A DNA stretch of 64,000 nucleotides from Octopus vulgaris (taxonomy: Eukaryota), in NCBI GenBank assembly GCA_951406725.2, contig OX597823.1, positions 26,226,001 through 26,290,000 on the forward strand, read 5' to 3'. Of the stretch, positions 37,021-51,403 are shown one piece after another. Made by a program: the position numbers and the translations under genes. The stretch's first letter is position 1. The number at the start of each line of letters is the position of its first letter. The notes beneath the pieces are model-generated. The model ran no database searches, was not told where the DNA came from, and saw nothing but the letters and a program-made list of their open reading frames with translations.

Positions 37021-38835
37021 AAATAAATAATAAGTTTTCAACTTCTATCTGAATCAGTTGCATATATATCATTTTAAATATGTTTCTCAATAACAATTTT
37101 TTGCTTAGATTGTTTTAGACATCACAGCTAAGGCCATATTGAAGCACTACCATGATATGCAAACGTCCTAAACTTCTGAATTCAACTAACAACCTTTTAT
37201 GATACAAGTCTCTTAATTGTTTAACTGTATACATCTCCCTCCACCTCCACCACCGCAATCACTGAGCTTCTACAGTTACTGCTTTACAGTAATTAATTCT
37301 GTCGTACTGTATCCTGGGTTCAAATTCCACTGGGGTAGGGTGCGTCAATTGATAAATGAGCATTAGTTATGTACAGAGGTCAGTTTCATTGACTATTTCC
37401 TCTCTACAGACTTGCAGTCCTGTGCCAATGTTGAGAATTCAACATTTCAAAAGAAAGTTGTTTTATCTCTTGATCTAGAAATATTCAATTGTCTTAGTTC
37501 AAAATATATTGTCTTTCCTCTTCTTCTTCCTCCTATCTAAATCTGTAACTAAAATTCTTGGAATGAGAGAAAATATCAGATACTTTGCAGTGAATCTGAG
37601 GTATAAGAAAACAACCCAACAAAAATAGAACATCAAATCAAATATATTTAATCCAGCAGCAAAGAATAAGATCATTTTTGTGGCTGATAAAAGTAAAACC
37701 GTATCAAAATAGCTGGAATACCGCTAAAACTCATACTTTTAATAAACTTTCCAACATAATTTTCAGGAATATAATGGGTTTAAAATAATAAAATTAATAA
37801 TAATAATAGTTATACAGTTGCTTTGAATAATTTGTTCACTCTAAATACCACTTTTTTTTTTTTTCTCCCTTAGTAGTTTACATTGAAGAAATTGGAGAGT
37901 AGTTTTCCTTTCTGAAATCTTATGAAGTTTACGTGCCAAATTAAAAATCTTGTGCTTGCAAGATGTGGTGTTTAATATTTTTATTTGAATTTTTTTTTTT
38001 TATACATTGAATTAGAAACCAAATATATTTCTTCCAAATCTTGATTTTAATTATAGTTTAAGGTTGTTGTTTTTTTTTCTTTATTTTCATTTTATAAATA
38101 TAAATTTCAAAACATCTTTGCTTCATGTTTAATATATGTTGTCAAATCTATAGGACAAAATGTTTTGATTTAAATTGCAAGGCAGTTTCTATATGAATAG
38201 TCTTTTATATATTTATTTACTTTTGTTAGTAAGAAGAGAAACATAATCTGATACATGAATTGTTACTAAACAAATGCTATGATTTGAGATAATATATATA
38301 TATATATAATTATCCATTATATATTTGTAGAATTCTAGAGACAGCAATGTCTGTTTTAACGTATTTAATATTGAGATTTTCTAAATCTCTGAACTATCAT
38401 AGATCAAGTATAAATCTCCCATTGACATGCTGGATACATCGAGTGTTTGGAAGCCTTAAATGACTACTGGTTCTCTCATCAACTTGGCAATGTATCCAAG
38501 ACAAAGTAACTGTCAGAGCACACACACACACATAGATAGATAGATGGATAATTATTAACAAAATACACTTATATATATTTATTCAAAACTGGTTATTTGC
38601 TCCAATGCTACTCAGTTCCTCTGTGGGTGTGTGGGTGGTTACTCAGGTAATAAAAAGATAGTTGTTTTTTTGTTTTTTTTTCATGTTTTTCTTTTTTTTG
38701 GTCACCTGAAGGATTGATTGCACATGATGTGAATCTCAAATGACAGTGAATAATTAGCTGCATTGAATGAATGAATAACTTCTGCATGTAATGAGCACTC
38801 TTTCTCCAGTGTGAACATCCAAGTGTCTCTCTCTC

Positions 38836-38880
<45 letters not shown>

Positions 38881-39875
38881 ATGTGTATATATATGCATAT
38901 GAATGTACCTGTGTGTGTGTGTGTGTATGTCATGTAAATAGGATTATATATCTCCACTTAAAAGTCTTGAGCAATTGATCATTTGGTAAGCTGTATTCAT
39001 CAGGTGCAACCAACTGTAAGGTCTGTGCTCAAAACCTTATTTATCTTTTTTTTATTTTTCGTCTAGCTGTGTTATAATTCCATTAAAACCTATTTATAAC
39101 AAACACATATCACTCTGCACACTTCCTACCCTAGTCTTTATTGAACTCTTGTGTTTCTGTATCACAAAATAATATAAATATACATACATACGAACATACA
39201 CAAATACAAATGATGGATGTTTGTAAAGGCCCACTACTCTCTAGTCTGCACCTCATTTGAGCCCTTTTAAAGTTTTTTTGGATATAAAATCAGCTAGATT
39301 TTGGCATTGGACATACACCAGCAATGATCATATTATTCATATCTGCTCATCTTATTTAAGTGCTCTTAGTTTAAGCAACAAACACAGGTCCATTTACATC
39401 TAACAAACTCCCATGTCTTTTGATTATATTTAGATTTTTTTTTTTACTTCTTTTCCATTCCTTTTTAAAATTAAATCTGCTTCAGATAAAGATGATATAG
39501 TTTGATTACCTTAATGTATAAATCTCTTAATCCCCCCCACCACCTATCTTGATTTTAAAATATATAAGTTTTTAACTTTTTTTTTGTCTGTTGTACTTGT
39601 TTCAGTTAAGCAAAAACCTGTAAAAAAAAAAAAAAAATTCAAATATAATTTTGAATAATTTTTTTTTTCATATTTCTTTATTCTCAGTGTTGTTGTTCTC
39701 TGTTTAATGTATTTTTCTTGAAAATATCAGTTGTCGTCCCCAACCTCCATAACAAGCAGAAAAATTAAAAGACTTAACTTACCTACCTGTTCACCTAGCT
39801 TTTTTGATATTTTTGTTGTTGCAATGTAATTTTTATTATGTTGAACATAAATGTCAAGCACTGTGGGGTTGTGGT

Positions 39876-39917
<42 letters not shown>

Positions 39918-42689
39918 ATTTCACTTGTGCTGCTAATGGTCCTGAGAAAGGCATAAATATCATACACTATCACCTTTTACCTTCTCATATGTAACAAAAG
40001 AAATTGTGGCCTTGTGCCAAAGAAGGAAATCAAAAAAAAAAATTATAATTAAGCTTTTGTTGTTGTATATTTTATTGAGGTGGGGGGAGGAGAGTGATAA
40101 TGTTTTTAGGTGTCACTGTTCAGTTAAGCTAGTGCCTTTCTGCTTCTGGAACCTTGGGTAAGTTCCTTAAGCTAGGATACTTTTACAGCTAATCACTTGC
40201 TTGTGGCATTCCTGAACAATGGCCTTTTAGAAACTTTCTAAAAATACAATATTCTTCTCTTTAAGTTCTAATCACCAGCCCAATTACAAAACATCATGTC
40301 AGTGCCATTATTATTATTATTCATTTGTTAATTTCTTTGCTGCTTATGCTTGCCAGGGAAAATGGAGAACTTCTTCCACACTAAATCAGAGGAAAATATC
40401 TCAAATCACATGGGCTTCATTTTGAGATTATATTGTTCCTCTCTAATTTTATCTCACAACTCTGAAAGCCAGTGTTTCTACCCCACTGGTGCAATTATCT
40501 CTTATTCTCCTCTTTCAAGCTTTCAAAGGGCAGGGATACAAAATTTAGATGTCTTCACAAGTTTTCATGCAAATCTAGAAACCAATGTTTACTTTATCAG
40601 AAAACAATGTATTGTCTTGTTTTAGAATTTATTAAGTTTATGCTGAGATTTAAAGTATTTTTATGCAAATTTCATGGGCTGAACAATAAATAATAAATTC
40701 ATTTTTGATTGCAGAAATGATATTAATTTTTAAAAAAAATTATAAATAAATGAAAAAGAGAAAAAAAAACTAATAAAAATATTTTTGGCTTTATTTTATT
40801 CTAAGATTTTCTTTGGAGCATTTGTTGCACTTCTTAAACCAGAATAATTTTTTGGAAATTAATTTTGTAAATATAGTAGAAATATGATATTTTGTATTAT
40901 TATTATTATTATTAATAAGGTGGTGAGCTGGCAGAATCGTTAGCACACTAGGCAACGATACAGTTTTAGCACACTAGGCAATGATACAGTTACAGTTTTT
41001 TTAAATTCTCTCCTGAGTATACATTTCCACTTCCTTCTTGATATAACAACACATTAGGTGAAGATGGTTGTAGATTCATGACTGGATGTAGCAAATACAT
41101 TGATGGTTGTGAGGTGTTTTTTTTTTTAGTAGAAGTCAGTTTTTTTTATATTTTGATTTTAAGAACTCTTTATTTCATTGAACTTTCAAACATCTCTACA
41201 TTCTGGCTTACAGATTATAAATCAAGGCAGTTGCTTAGAAGTGCATTTTAACACCTCAGGTAGCAAGCTCTGTTTCTCTAATTTATTGAGACAAAATTAT
41301 CTGTTAAAATGTTAAACAGAAACTACAATCTTTGTATTAACCTGATGTCAAAAACAAAAAGGCATAAAATATTTACTACCTTTTATTTTCTTGACATTAT
41401 AATCTAATATTTTGATTGAGTATGTCTGCATAACAAAGTTACATTATGCTTAATAAAAGATTTTGAACCCTGCTGTGAAAATAATCTCTGTGGTGGAAAC
41501 ATAAGACCCTTATGAGCCAAGGATGACTGGGATTGATATAATCACTCGTTCCCTTCTCCGAAATTTGCAGTCTTATACCTATGTCAACAATGAATTAGTG
41601 TAACTCTCAAGAGATGTTTTCATCTGATTTGTGTAACTTGTAAACAAACTTTAATTCAATCTCAAATTGATTTGTTTCTGTTTCTTTATCTTTAGCTATT
41701 ATCATTGATCACACTGACATCCTTTATGAGGACCCTTCTTTTTTCATACTATTTTGAAGTTCTGAATCAGTTTCTTATAAAAATTAAAAAGTGATTAATC
41801 ATTCATTAATCACCTTTTACCTTACTTAGTATTGTTGTAATAATCTCTTCTAAACCAGAAAACCATCTAATAAGAGTGTAATGCTCTTTGAAACCCCTCT
41901 CATTAATGAGGATGTCCTGCTGTTTGGTTTTTGGCAGAGCATCTGCATCTGAAGATTCACCATCATCAAGATTATTAAAGTCATTCACCAACTCTGATAT
42001 CTTATAATTCAGTTAGTCAATATATAACTGTTAATGCTTTCTAAATCTATAAGGTGCATCAAGTTTCAGTGGTGTTTTACAAGAAATCGAGTTACCCATG
42101 TTAGTAATTATCTTAATTGTGTGGTGTTGACTCAGTCTAAACTTCCTGGTTATTGTTTAACTGTGGGGTCTGCTTTCACAGCAAAGTTAAAATATATTTA
42201 TTAAATATGTGATTCTATCTTTGTTTATAAATTTAATCTAAAATACATTGTCAGTACTCCAGGTAATATAACAGACACACACAATAAGAAACAGAGGATG
42301 ATGTATGTAATATTTTATTTACAAAGCTTAAGTTATTTGTGTTAGCTGAGTCTTTATACATGAAACTTGAATATCAAAATAAACTAATGAAATACTTATA
42401 GCATAAAGAATATATAATCTGAGTGTATGCACACACTTTGAAGTACATTTTTGGTATATAGAACCGATTCCATATACTACCATGCTTCCTTCCTCTTTTC
42501 TTGGTATATTTATATATTTCATTGTTAATTACCATTGCTTATAGATGTGATGGTGGTCAATAAAGTATTCTATGTACAGCTATTGAATCAGTCAACTGTA
42601 CCTTTCCATCGTAAATGTACTGTCTTGTATCACTGTAGGTGACCTTTATTGATATTACTTTAGAAATCATTATTACTATAGCAATTTAA

Positions 42690-42815
42690 AGTGGTTAGCT
42701 GGCAGAATTGCTAGTACGCTGGGCGAAATGCTTAGTGGTATTTCATCTGCGACTACGTTCTGAGTTCAAATTCTGCTGAGGTCAACTTTGCCTTTCATCC
42801 TTTCGGGGTCGATAT
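42690..42815 (+). mobile_element. SINE family B (young, truncated)
   Basis: ggttagctggcagaattgctagtacgctgggcgaaatgcttagtggtatttc...gagttcaaattctgctgaggtcaactttgcctttcatcctttcggggtcgat. Confidence 0.8.
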
Positions 42816-45800
42816 GTTTGGAGTTGGGGTAAACTAAATTTACATCCTTTCAGGTTGGATAAGATGTGTCAGTCATGTCAATTTAATCAGTTCTCCACTA
42901 TCCCATCCCTTTTGGATGGTAAATTTAATCATTTGTTTGGTTTGCCCTCACCATCTGGATGATGTGTATCATTAGTGGAACCTATTTTGTTGCAAGAATT
43001 TAAGCTAGGCCCCTAATATAAGAGTAATATCCTTCCACCTGCTTTAGTGGTCCTGAGAAAAACCGTCTATGCTGGCTGACTCCTACAGTTCTTTTTTAAA
43101 AACCATGGTATTCCAGCAATAGTGGTAAGAACTCAATCAATCTAACTTAATTCCAGTTTCCATTCCAAATCACCTGAGTCTTCATTTATGTGAGCCCCAG
43201 GTTGGTTAATGTCCTTTTATTATTCTAATTTATTATTGAAAAGTCACGGAAAAAGTAACAGCATGTCTTGAAGAAGTGAAATCTTTATAGTCCACCACTC
43301 ATTCTTTTAATGTGCAGGAGTCAGTCAGATTTAACCCTTGTTTTTATTTTATTGCATTCAGCCCTGAGCACCACCTGTACTACACATAAACCTGCTTACA
43401 GTGTCATGTAAAAACCATAAACTACTTTTTAAAAAATTTTAGACATAGCAATCCTTTGTATTTCTGCAGTTTCAAAATACCTTTCATTATTATTATTATT
43501 ATTATCATTATTATTATTGGTAGATTAACTGGATTGTTAGAGTATTGGACAAATTGCTTTGCAGTAATTGATCTGGTTCTTTATATTCTGAGTTCAAATT
43601 CTACCAAGGTCAACTTTGCCTTTCCGTTCCCCAGCAGTAACATACTAGGGTTGATCTAATTGACCATACCCCCTCCTCTATGGTCTTGTGCCTCAGAAAT
43701 TATTATTAGGGCAGTGTCATATGGCAGAATCAGTAGCACTCCTGACAAAATACCTTTACATTCTAAGTTCATATCTTCCTAGATCAATTTAATTTCATGT
43801 ACCTAGCTCCAAATTTTGTAACTTTGTGCCATTGTAAGAAAATATTATACATTGTTTTTGTGGTCAGACTTTGTACCCCAACTAGACAATATGTAAATAC
43901 CCCAAGACTTCTTTAATTCTGGTATAGCTACCTCTGGTCAACTCATCATAACAACATACCTCTTTCTCATTTTATCATCCTATTTCCATTTCTAACTGGG
44001 TATGCTTTGTCTTATAAATATTTTCATTTGTTCTGTTTGCTTATTTATGGAATTACTTGTCTGTTTTAAACTTGCTGCTGTAATGAATTACCTCTTTCAA
44101 TTATTCATAATTCCTTTAAGAGATCTGATAAACAGAACACTTCTCTTATACCTGAGCAACTGCCTTGGCTGAAAAGGAAAATACTGTTGTACCTCAAACG
44201 CTAATCTGATAGAAATGCAAGGTACTGTTATAGTTCAAAAGTGAATCTAGTAGACAAGATACTGGTTTACCCAAACACTTGCCTTTGTACAAAAGTAAGC
44301 TGGCTTAGCACAGTACTGTTTTTTCTTTCATCTCGTTAGCCAACACTATTGATTCAGTCAGATGTAATTCTGATTCATCACAGTGCTAACAGTGTTATTA
44401 TGTAAATATGATAATTCCTACAGAAATATATATTTTGGAAAATTCGCTTTTGTTTGTTAGCTTGTAGTTTAATTCTAAAATCATTAATAGTGGTGATTAA
44501 ACCATTAATGCTTGTCGGGAACTCTGTTGTAAGACAATGCAGATTAAATTGACACACAATCGCCAACTCATTTGAATTTAGGTTCCACGTTTCTCTGTAT
44601 GGATTAATAAACGAGGCAAATAAAACTATAAAAATTCCTTTTAACTTTTGTAATTAATTAGTAGAACCTTAATTCCCATTTCTAAATAATGAATTCTTTG
44701 AAAACCTCTGAGGGTTTGGCCTTATGTGTTCATTCCCCAAACCACAAGAACTGGTAGCTAAATATACTTCTGAGTGTTTTCACAAAGACTGGGTTTTTAA
44801 TTTCACTTCTGCCACATTTTTGACAATCTTGTCTGTAAATTCCCTGTTGGCTTTTAACTACCATTTGCTTTCTGAGGGCAAAAATCAGAATTTTTATTTG
44901 TTCACAGAGCACGAATACATTGTAAGTTTTTCTTTTTAGTTCTTCCTGTAATTGAAATAACAAGTCAGTTTTTAAGTATAAACTATTTTTTTGCAATAGA
45001 AATTGTGAATTAATTTTACCTTCCATCTCCCCATCCTCTTCTTGGCAATGGCTCTCATCTCTTGAACACGTGTTCTTAGATGGCTTGCAATTCATTTTCA
45101 TACATACCCTCATACTGGATAAAACATTTCTACACTACTCCAAAACAAAATTAATACTTCTTAAATAATTAATTTCATTATGAAAAGTTATATTTTCTTA
45201 ATCATCTTCGTATAAAATGAATTCTGAAACTTTTTTAAATTTATAGACAAAAATATAAAAAAAAGCAATCAAAGGACTGCCAACTCAGATTAGATTGCCT
45301 GTGGTTAAATCTATTAAAAGTTTATCTTTATTTCAAAAACTGTAATTATCTCTGATTCTGTGCTCTACTAAAAAAAACTTCATAATTTATACAATTTAAC
45401 AAATGATATATTTTTAACATTGCTATTTTAATTGATTCAAATTTATTGTAAAATGTAAAAGAAATAAATATATTAATCTATGGAAATGAAGATCATTTAT
45501 GCAGTAGCTACTTCAGTGGAAAAAATCAAAATTAGCTATATTAGGGAAATTAAGAGATAGTGTTACTGAAAATGTGGCACAAACAAATCCAAAGACCCAG
45601 TCTTTGCTGGTACATTAGTACTACTAATAATAATATACATATTATATGCATGAATTTATAGTTGTTGTCTTTTGTATCGTTACATGTGTGTAATTATGTA
45701 TATTTATATTTTAATATTCTACAATATATTTGTTAAGAATATATTGCAATATAGTTGAGTTTTTCTTTTCAAGTGAGGCTGGTGCTGTCAGTGCTATAAC

Positions 45801-46962
45801 AATGACAGGTTTATGACCTTATCCTCTTCTCAAATATACTATGAACACAGGCTACTTTAGAAGGGTGGGCTGGGGCTAGGGGGCAATAGAGGCATACAAC
45901 TAAGTCCATCTATACTTGGGGGGATAGACAGTGACAGGATGGGTGAATGCTTGCAGCATACAGGATAATCTCTGACTGAACACTGCAGGTTTGATTTCTA
46001 GTCATAGTTATTTCATTTGCTCTGCTAATGCTTTTGGAAAAGCATGAACATCACAACTCCTAATTTCTCCCCTTTTATTTGATAAAAGCTGTATAACCCT
46101 TAACAGATACTTCAGCATAAAAAGGCCAATCAGTTTATTGTATCCCACTTCATTAATTATATAAGATTGTATACTTAATCTTGTATATTTCCCATTATTG
46201 CTTAGATAAAAAAAAAATGTTAATGTAAGAATTTCCTTGCAGTTCCTTTGAGAGTATTTGAAATATTTGTGTGTAATTAGCTGCTTTGAAGACTTCTGAA
46301 TGTGCTTGTCCTCCACCAGTTTACTGGGTACAGTTTTAGCTACACAAATCAGGCTACATCTTCACTCACACATCAGGTGAACTAGCAAGGGGCACTAGTA
46401 GCAAGTATTGTCAGCTATTTGCTCTGCTGACTATTGATCTTCCTACTCTGCCATCCACCTCACCATGATCATCCAGCAGATGATGCTTGGCTCTTGTTTG
46501 TCATCTGATTAGGATGCTCTGTTCTTTTGAAGTGATCTCAAAAAATTCCCTGCGAGATAGATAGCTAGAGAGAGAAGGGGATGAGAGTGAGAGAAAAAGT
46601 ACACTGCTGAATAAAAATGTTTTCTAAGCTGGAGTTTGTGTTACAAGCAAACCATTGCTTGCAGTCTCCAAGATCAATATTTCCAATGTTTTCCTGATGT
46701 GGCCATCAGCTATAGCAGTAGCTGAACTGAATGTCAGCTCCATTTCTTGCTACCGATGCTGCAATAGCAGTAGATACATCACTTACCTGACATCTTGCTT
46801 TTTCTCCCGTACTCCCACTTCCCTTCTTTATTCCAGACTATGCCACTGCTGTATTTCTCTCAACACTTTTGTCTCTTTCACAGCTGTTCTGTCAGCTGAA
46901 GATGTCTGTGATGTTCTTGTTAGTAAAACTTTTGTTTGTGTGTAGTTATGTTGTTTTTGTTT

Positions 46963-47185
46963 TCACTCTTTTGTGTTAATAATACTTATAGCATTACATA
47001 TGCTGAGGTATTTATATATTATACAGTAGAATGGTGTGTCTTTGCTAAGGTTTAATTCTCTTGTATTTGTGCTACTAATGGTGTTAGATATGCAGCAGTA
47101 TATATAGTAGAGTGGTGTGTCTTGCCTAAGGTTTAACTCTTTAGTATTCATAATACTAATGGTGTTATGTATGTATATATTTATA
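46963..47185. repeat. Diverged minisatellite, ~81-90-bp period, ~2.5 copies
   Basis: agtaga(a/g)tggtgtgtctt(tg/gc)ctaaggtttaa and tactaatggtgtta are each repeated. Confidence 0.75.
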
Positions 47186-49824
47186 AAATGATGAACCGAA
47201 AGCAAGCACTTCACACACGTGATTTATTGGGGTGGGGGTGGCCAGTTCCTGCTGCAGAGGGTAACAGTGTCAACAAGATCCAGTATGACAGGTAGTTAGA
47301 TTTGGGCCAGTTTGAATGCCAAAGTATAATAAACCCCGACTGAAAGGGTAAAAAGTATTGCAGCAACATATTTATTTATAATTCCACATATTCTCTCTAA
47401 GTTGGTGGCCTATGTGAGGAAGTGTTAAATTCAGTGAGTGGCAAAGAAATGAGGTATGTTGGTATGCTGTGAGATATGTTAGATATTTCTTCTCAGTGCA
47501 TACTAACATACTTTTCCTTTTCTGTATTTTTTTTTTTTTTTCCTTATTCTAGTCAGACAAACGAAAGCATTTCCTCAAAATAACTGGAGGCTTGAAGCTG
47601 GGTGTTTTGCTTTTGTTCAGAAACAAATAGTTGCCCTTAGAAAATTGTATTGTCTACAACTTAAAACTGGTATCAGTAGGCTTTAAAAAGAAGAAAAAAT
47701 TCTTGTCCCACAAGATGTAAGAAATATGAATTGTGTACAAGTCAACATTTTAAGTTTTAAAAGAGAATATATAAAAAAAATAAACTTTCCCAAACCAGAT
47801 GCCGACCTGTTGGGTATAATACGTAATCTTTACCTCTGGCCTAAAAAAACTTGAATGTTGACTTAAAGTCACCTAATATATGTTCATTATTATATATATT
47901 CTTGTATTATAATATTTTATATTGTAGATTCCCATGTTTTTTTTTTTTTTAATTACTTTTTTCCTCATGATTATTTTATTTATTATTTTCTATTCTGAAA
48001 GAGCAGAACTCTTTACCTCTGGAGAAAAAAAGCGCATAAAAGCTCAGATCAGTAACTTAAAGGGCTTACCAAAGTTTTCTTTGTGGCCCACTACTTTGTC
48101 TTTGTGTTTGATGTATAATGTAATTGTGTAATTGTATACCCTGAATGTGTTCTAGCTAGTTCTCTATCCTATCCAATCCCTTTAACCAGAGAAAACAAAA
48201 TCTAATGGTGTTTGATCAGCTTGATTACATGTGGACACATGAGAATGAAATTTATGACACCTTCATCTGAAAAGTAAATAAAGTCTTTTTAAAATAATCT
48301 CTTTTTTCGTTATTTATTTTCTTTTATTTGGACTACTGTTCTCTGCACTTGCTTCTATATACATATCTAGCCTCAACTTCTAATGCCATCCTATAAAATG
48401 CATTCTAGTTCCAGTTTGAACGAGACTTTGATAACATTGCAGTTAAATTTGAAAACAAAAGTAGCAATTAATTTCATGATAATAAATTTTGTATAGGAAG
48501 TATGAAGCTACATTAGTATTGAATGCAGACGTGTAGAAGCTGGAGAGAAATTGAGATAAGCATGTGGTGGGTGTGTAATGTTAACTAGCTTAAAAGAGTG
48601 CTGCTTTCCTATATGAAAGTTTTAAAGGCATCAGTGTATGTATGTTGAAGAGGTGGTTGTACCTGTATGGACAAGTAAATTCACAATACTTGCTGGATGA
48701 AATAGTAGTTAAGAGTTATCTGTGACAGAAGACAGGAAGAAATACTGAGATCAGGTGACATTAACAATATGTTGCACTACTGATTTGGACGACTTGTGCC
48801 AGTCTGGTTGCACAGCTGTTAAAATGGTAATAAGGAGGATTTAGTCTAAATGTTATTACATTTTAATTCATTAACTGAAAATTTGAACTTACGCTTTAGT
48901 ACTATTGGTTTTTCTAATGTTTGATGTTCATTTAGTAATGTCTGCTAACAGTGTTAGTAGATATTACATATACTAACCGCTTTAGGCAATCATGTGAAGC
49001 AGTTACTTGACCTGCTAGAAATAGCAGCCATATCTTTCCAATCACAGGAAAGGAAAAAAGATCAAGTAGTTCTTAGGTACACTGAATCTGAAAAAGAGAC
49101 AGGATGGTCATAGATGGAGCAAACTGACATGGATCTAAACTAGGGTTTCTTAAAAAGAAGGTGGAAGCTGAGAGGATTGAAATGATGGCAGACAAATTGC
49201 CATCCTTAAGGAAATAGAGATTTTTAAAACTTGTCCAGCTTCACAGAAATATATTTGTTCTCCTAACAACTCTTCACTCTGTGTCCACTCACTAAAATGC
49301 ACTCCACCCATTTTAGTTTTGCAATCTTGTGGACTTACTCACCCTATCCAATCTTTGGTTCCACTTACATACACCTCACTGGAACTTGAATGCACCCCCA
49401 CTTCCGCATCACATCTTCACCATCTCTCTCCTCTCTTTCTTCCCCCTCTCTCCCCTACTGTGGTGGCCATGTATCGCCTTTACTGCAAGACACCTGTTTT
49501 TGTCCCTCTACTCATAGTCTCTCTAATCTCTCGTCACCTGGCACAAAGCTATTCCTCTCTCGGTTAAGAGGGTCTTGTCTTGTAAGTTATTTGGTGACCT
49601 CACTGCTGCTGGTGCCATGCAAAAAAAGCACCCAATACACTCTGCATAATGTTTGGTGTTCAGAAGGTCATTGAACCATACCAAAGCAGACCAGCTGGGT
49701 TTGGTGTAGACTTCTGACTTGTGAGCATAGAAAACAGGTAGTAAATGACAATTAGTAAAGAACGGAGTGGTATTCACTAATATTTTGTGAGTGAAATGTC
49801 AGCTTGAAAGCCATTGGTCTGCCC

Positions 49825-49985
49825 CACTTAGCATTCAGATTATTTAGTCAAAAGTATTGTTCATTTATCCACATTGTTTTGAATTCATCCTGCATTATCT
49901 TGTAGCTTAAAGATTTCAATGATGTAATCGTTTATTTTTAGAATGACATTGTAGGGTAAGTGTGAGAGACTGGATCTGGCCAGGT
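49825..49985. mobile_element. Fragment of a probable DNA-transposon MITE
   Basis: ttagcattcagatta...ggatctggccag, with a related end at 47295-47350 (gatttgggccagtttgaatgccaaag..aaagggtaaa). The ends are poorly preserved. Confidence 0.35.
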
Positions 49986-50139
49986 AGAGTATTTTACCTG
50001 CTTTTCAAGTCAGCGATCTCGTTCCACACAGCTTTGATGGTGCAAAGGAAGTGGATGATTTGTTGACAGAACTGATAACAACAATACATATATTGCAAAT
50101 TTTTAGAAGCAAGCAGAAATGTAGACAAATACACACGTG

Positions 50140-50300
50140 CATACAATATAACAGTCTTCTTTCAGTTTCTGTCTATCAATTCCACTCAAAGACTTTGGTC
50201 AGTTTGGGACTGACCAGAGGTGCTGTGCTGTGGAACTGAACCTGAAACCCCATGGTTAGAAGGCAGACTCTTTAACCACACAGCCATGCCTATGCCTGTA
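50140..50300 (-). mobile_element. SINE family A 5' half
   Basis: cttctttcagtttctgtctatcaattccactc...gaactgaacctgaaaccccatgg...taaccacacagccatgcctatgcc. Confidence 0.75.
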
Positions 50301-50759
50301 TATCATATATAGATGTGTATGTTCCTAATTGTAAGCCACAGTCATAAACCTAGGTGTCCAAAATTTTTGTTTGTGGGGTATATCTTTTAGTGGAGAAGGT
50401 CATTGACTGTGTGATTTTCTGATACTTTCTATAAGCCCAGGCAAAGCTGGGTGCTGCTGCTATATTTATAAAGTTGGATGCAGAACAACTATCAGATACA
50501 CAGAACAGCTAGTGCCTGCACACATGCACAGAAAATGGACCATTTTGACAAATACAAAGAACAGACATCACACACGTACACAGAGCAGCCATCAAAAACC
50601 AATAAAGAGTGGCTGGAGGGAGGCTGTGAGGAGAAATATAGCTAAATATAGAGAGGGTGATGTGACATTATAGTATTTAGGAAGTAGTGACAGTTTCAAG
50701 AAAATATCGGTGTGTGTTTGTGTATATATATATATATATATAATATATACATACATATA

Positions 50760-51300
50760 TGGGTACAGGACATCAAAAAAAAAACGTCAAACACAATGAG
50801 AAACGAAAACATAAAATCAAAAACATGGAAACAAACTTTTTTTCAAACAACAAAAACAGAGTACAAGACATACAACACAAGGAATATTCCCCTTCTTCAG
50901 TTGTGCCTGTTTCGTCTACTCCGCGTTTCAAAGGTAAGGACAAGACGCGACTTTGTTGAAACAGTCCTTCCCGTAAAACAAATTAAATAAAATTTGGGAT
51001 TTTTGCGGAGGAGTAAAAGTGGTAACAAGAACAAGACAGTAAGAAGTAAACGACAGGACAAAGAGAATAACACAGTAAAAACAAACGACGAGTGCTGTTG
51101 AACCAAGATGATGGAAAAATATTTTATATAGGTTCTGAGAGGTAATGGTGTCATTGAGACCCAAAGGTGTCAGGTAATGCTGAATAAGTGCAATAGATGG
51201 ACTGCAGTTAAGTTCCAGGTTCGGTGATTATACAAATAAGGGGTTTAACATTGGTCATATGTCAGCGTGTGTATATAAAAATTCTATTTTGTAATGAGAT
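50760..51300 (-). mobile_element. Repeat inserted in (TA)n, possibly a Penelope-like 3' region
   Basis: A CpG-retaining block next to (TA)n. The minus strand has IQHYLTPLGLND, similar to the 'L.P.GLN' end of Penelope GIY-YIG domains, followed by a structured region containing GAAACGCG. Confidence 0.35.
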
Positions 51301-51366
51301 AAAGAACCAAGGCTGTGTAGATTTTAGAACATTTATAGATAGAATGTCTCTCTCTCTCTCTTTCTT

Positions 51367-51403
<37 letters not shown>

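Noticed and set aside
50870-50980. Hammerhead in the Penelope-like block (GAAACGCG and CTGAAGA on the minus strand)
   Set aside because: The core elements are in the wrong order or missing, and no UH follows stem III.
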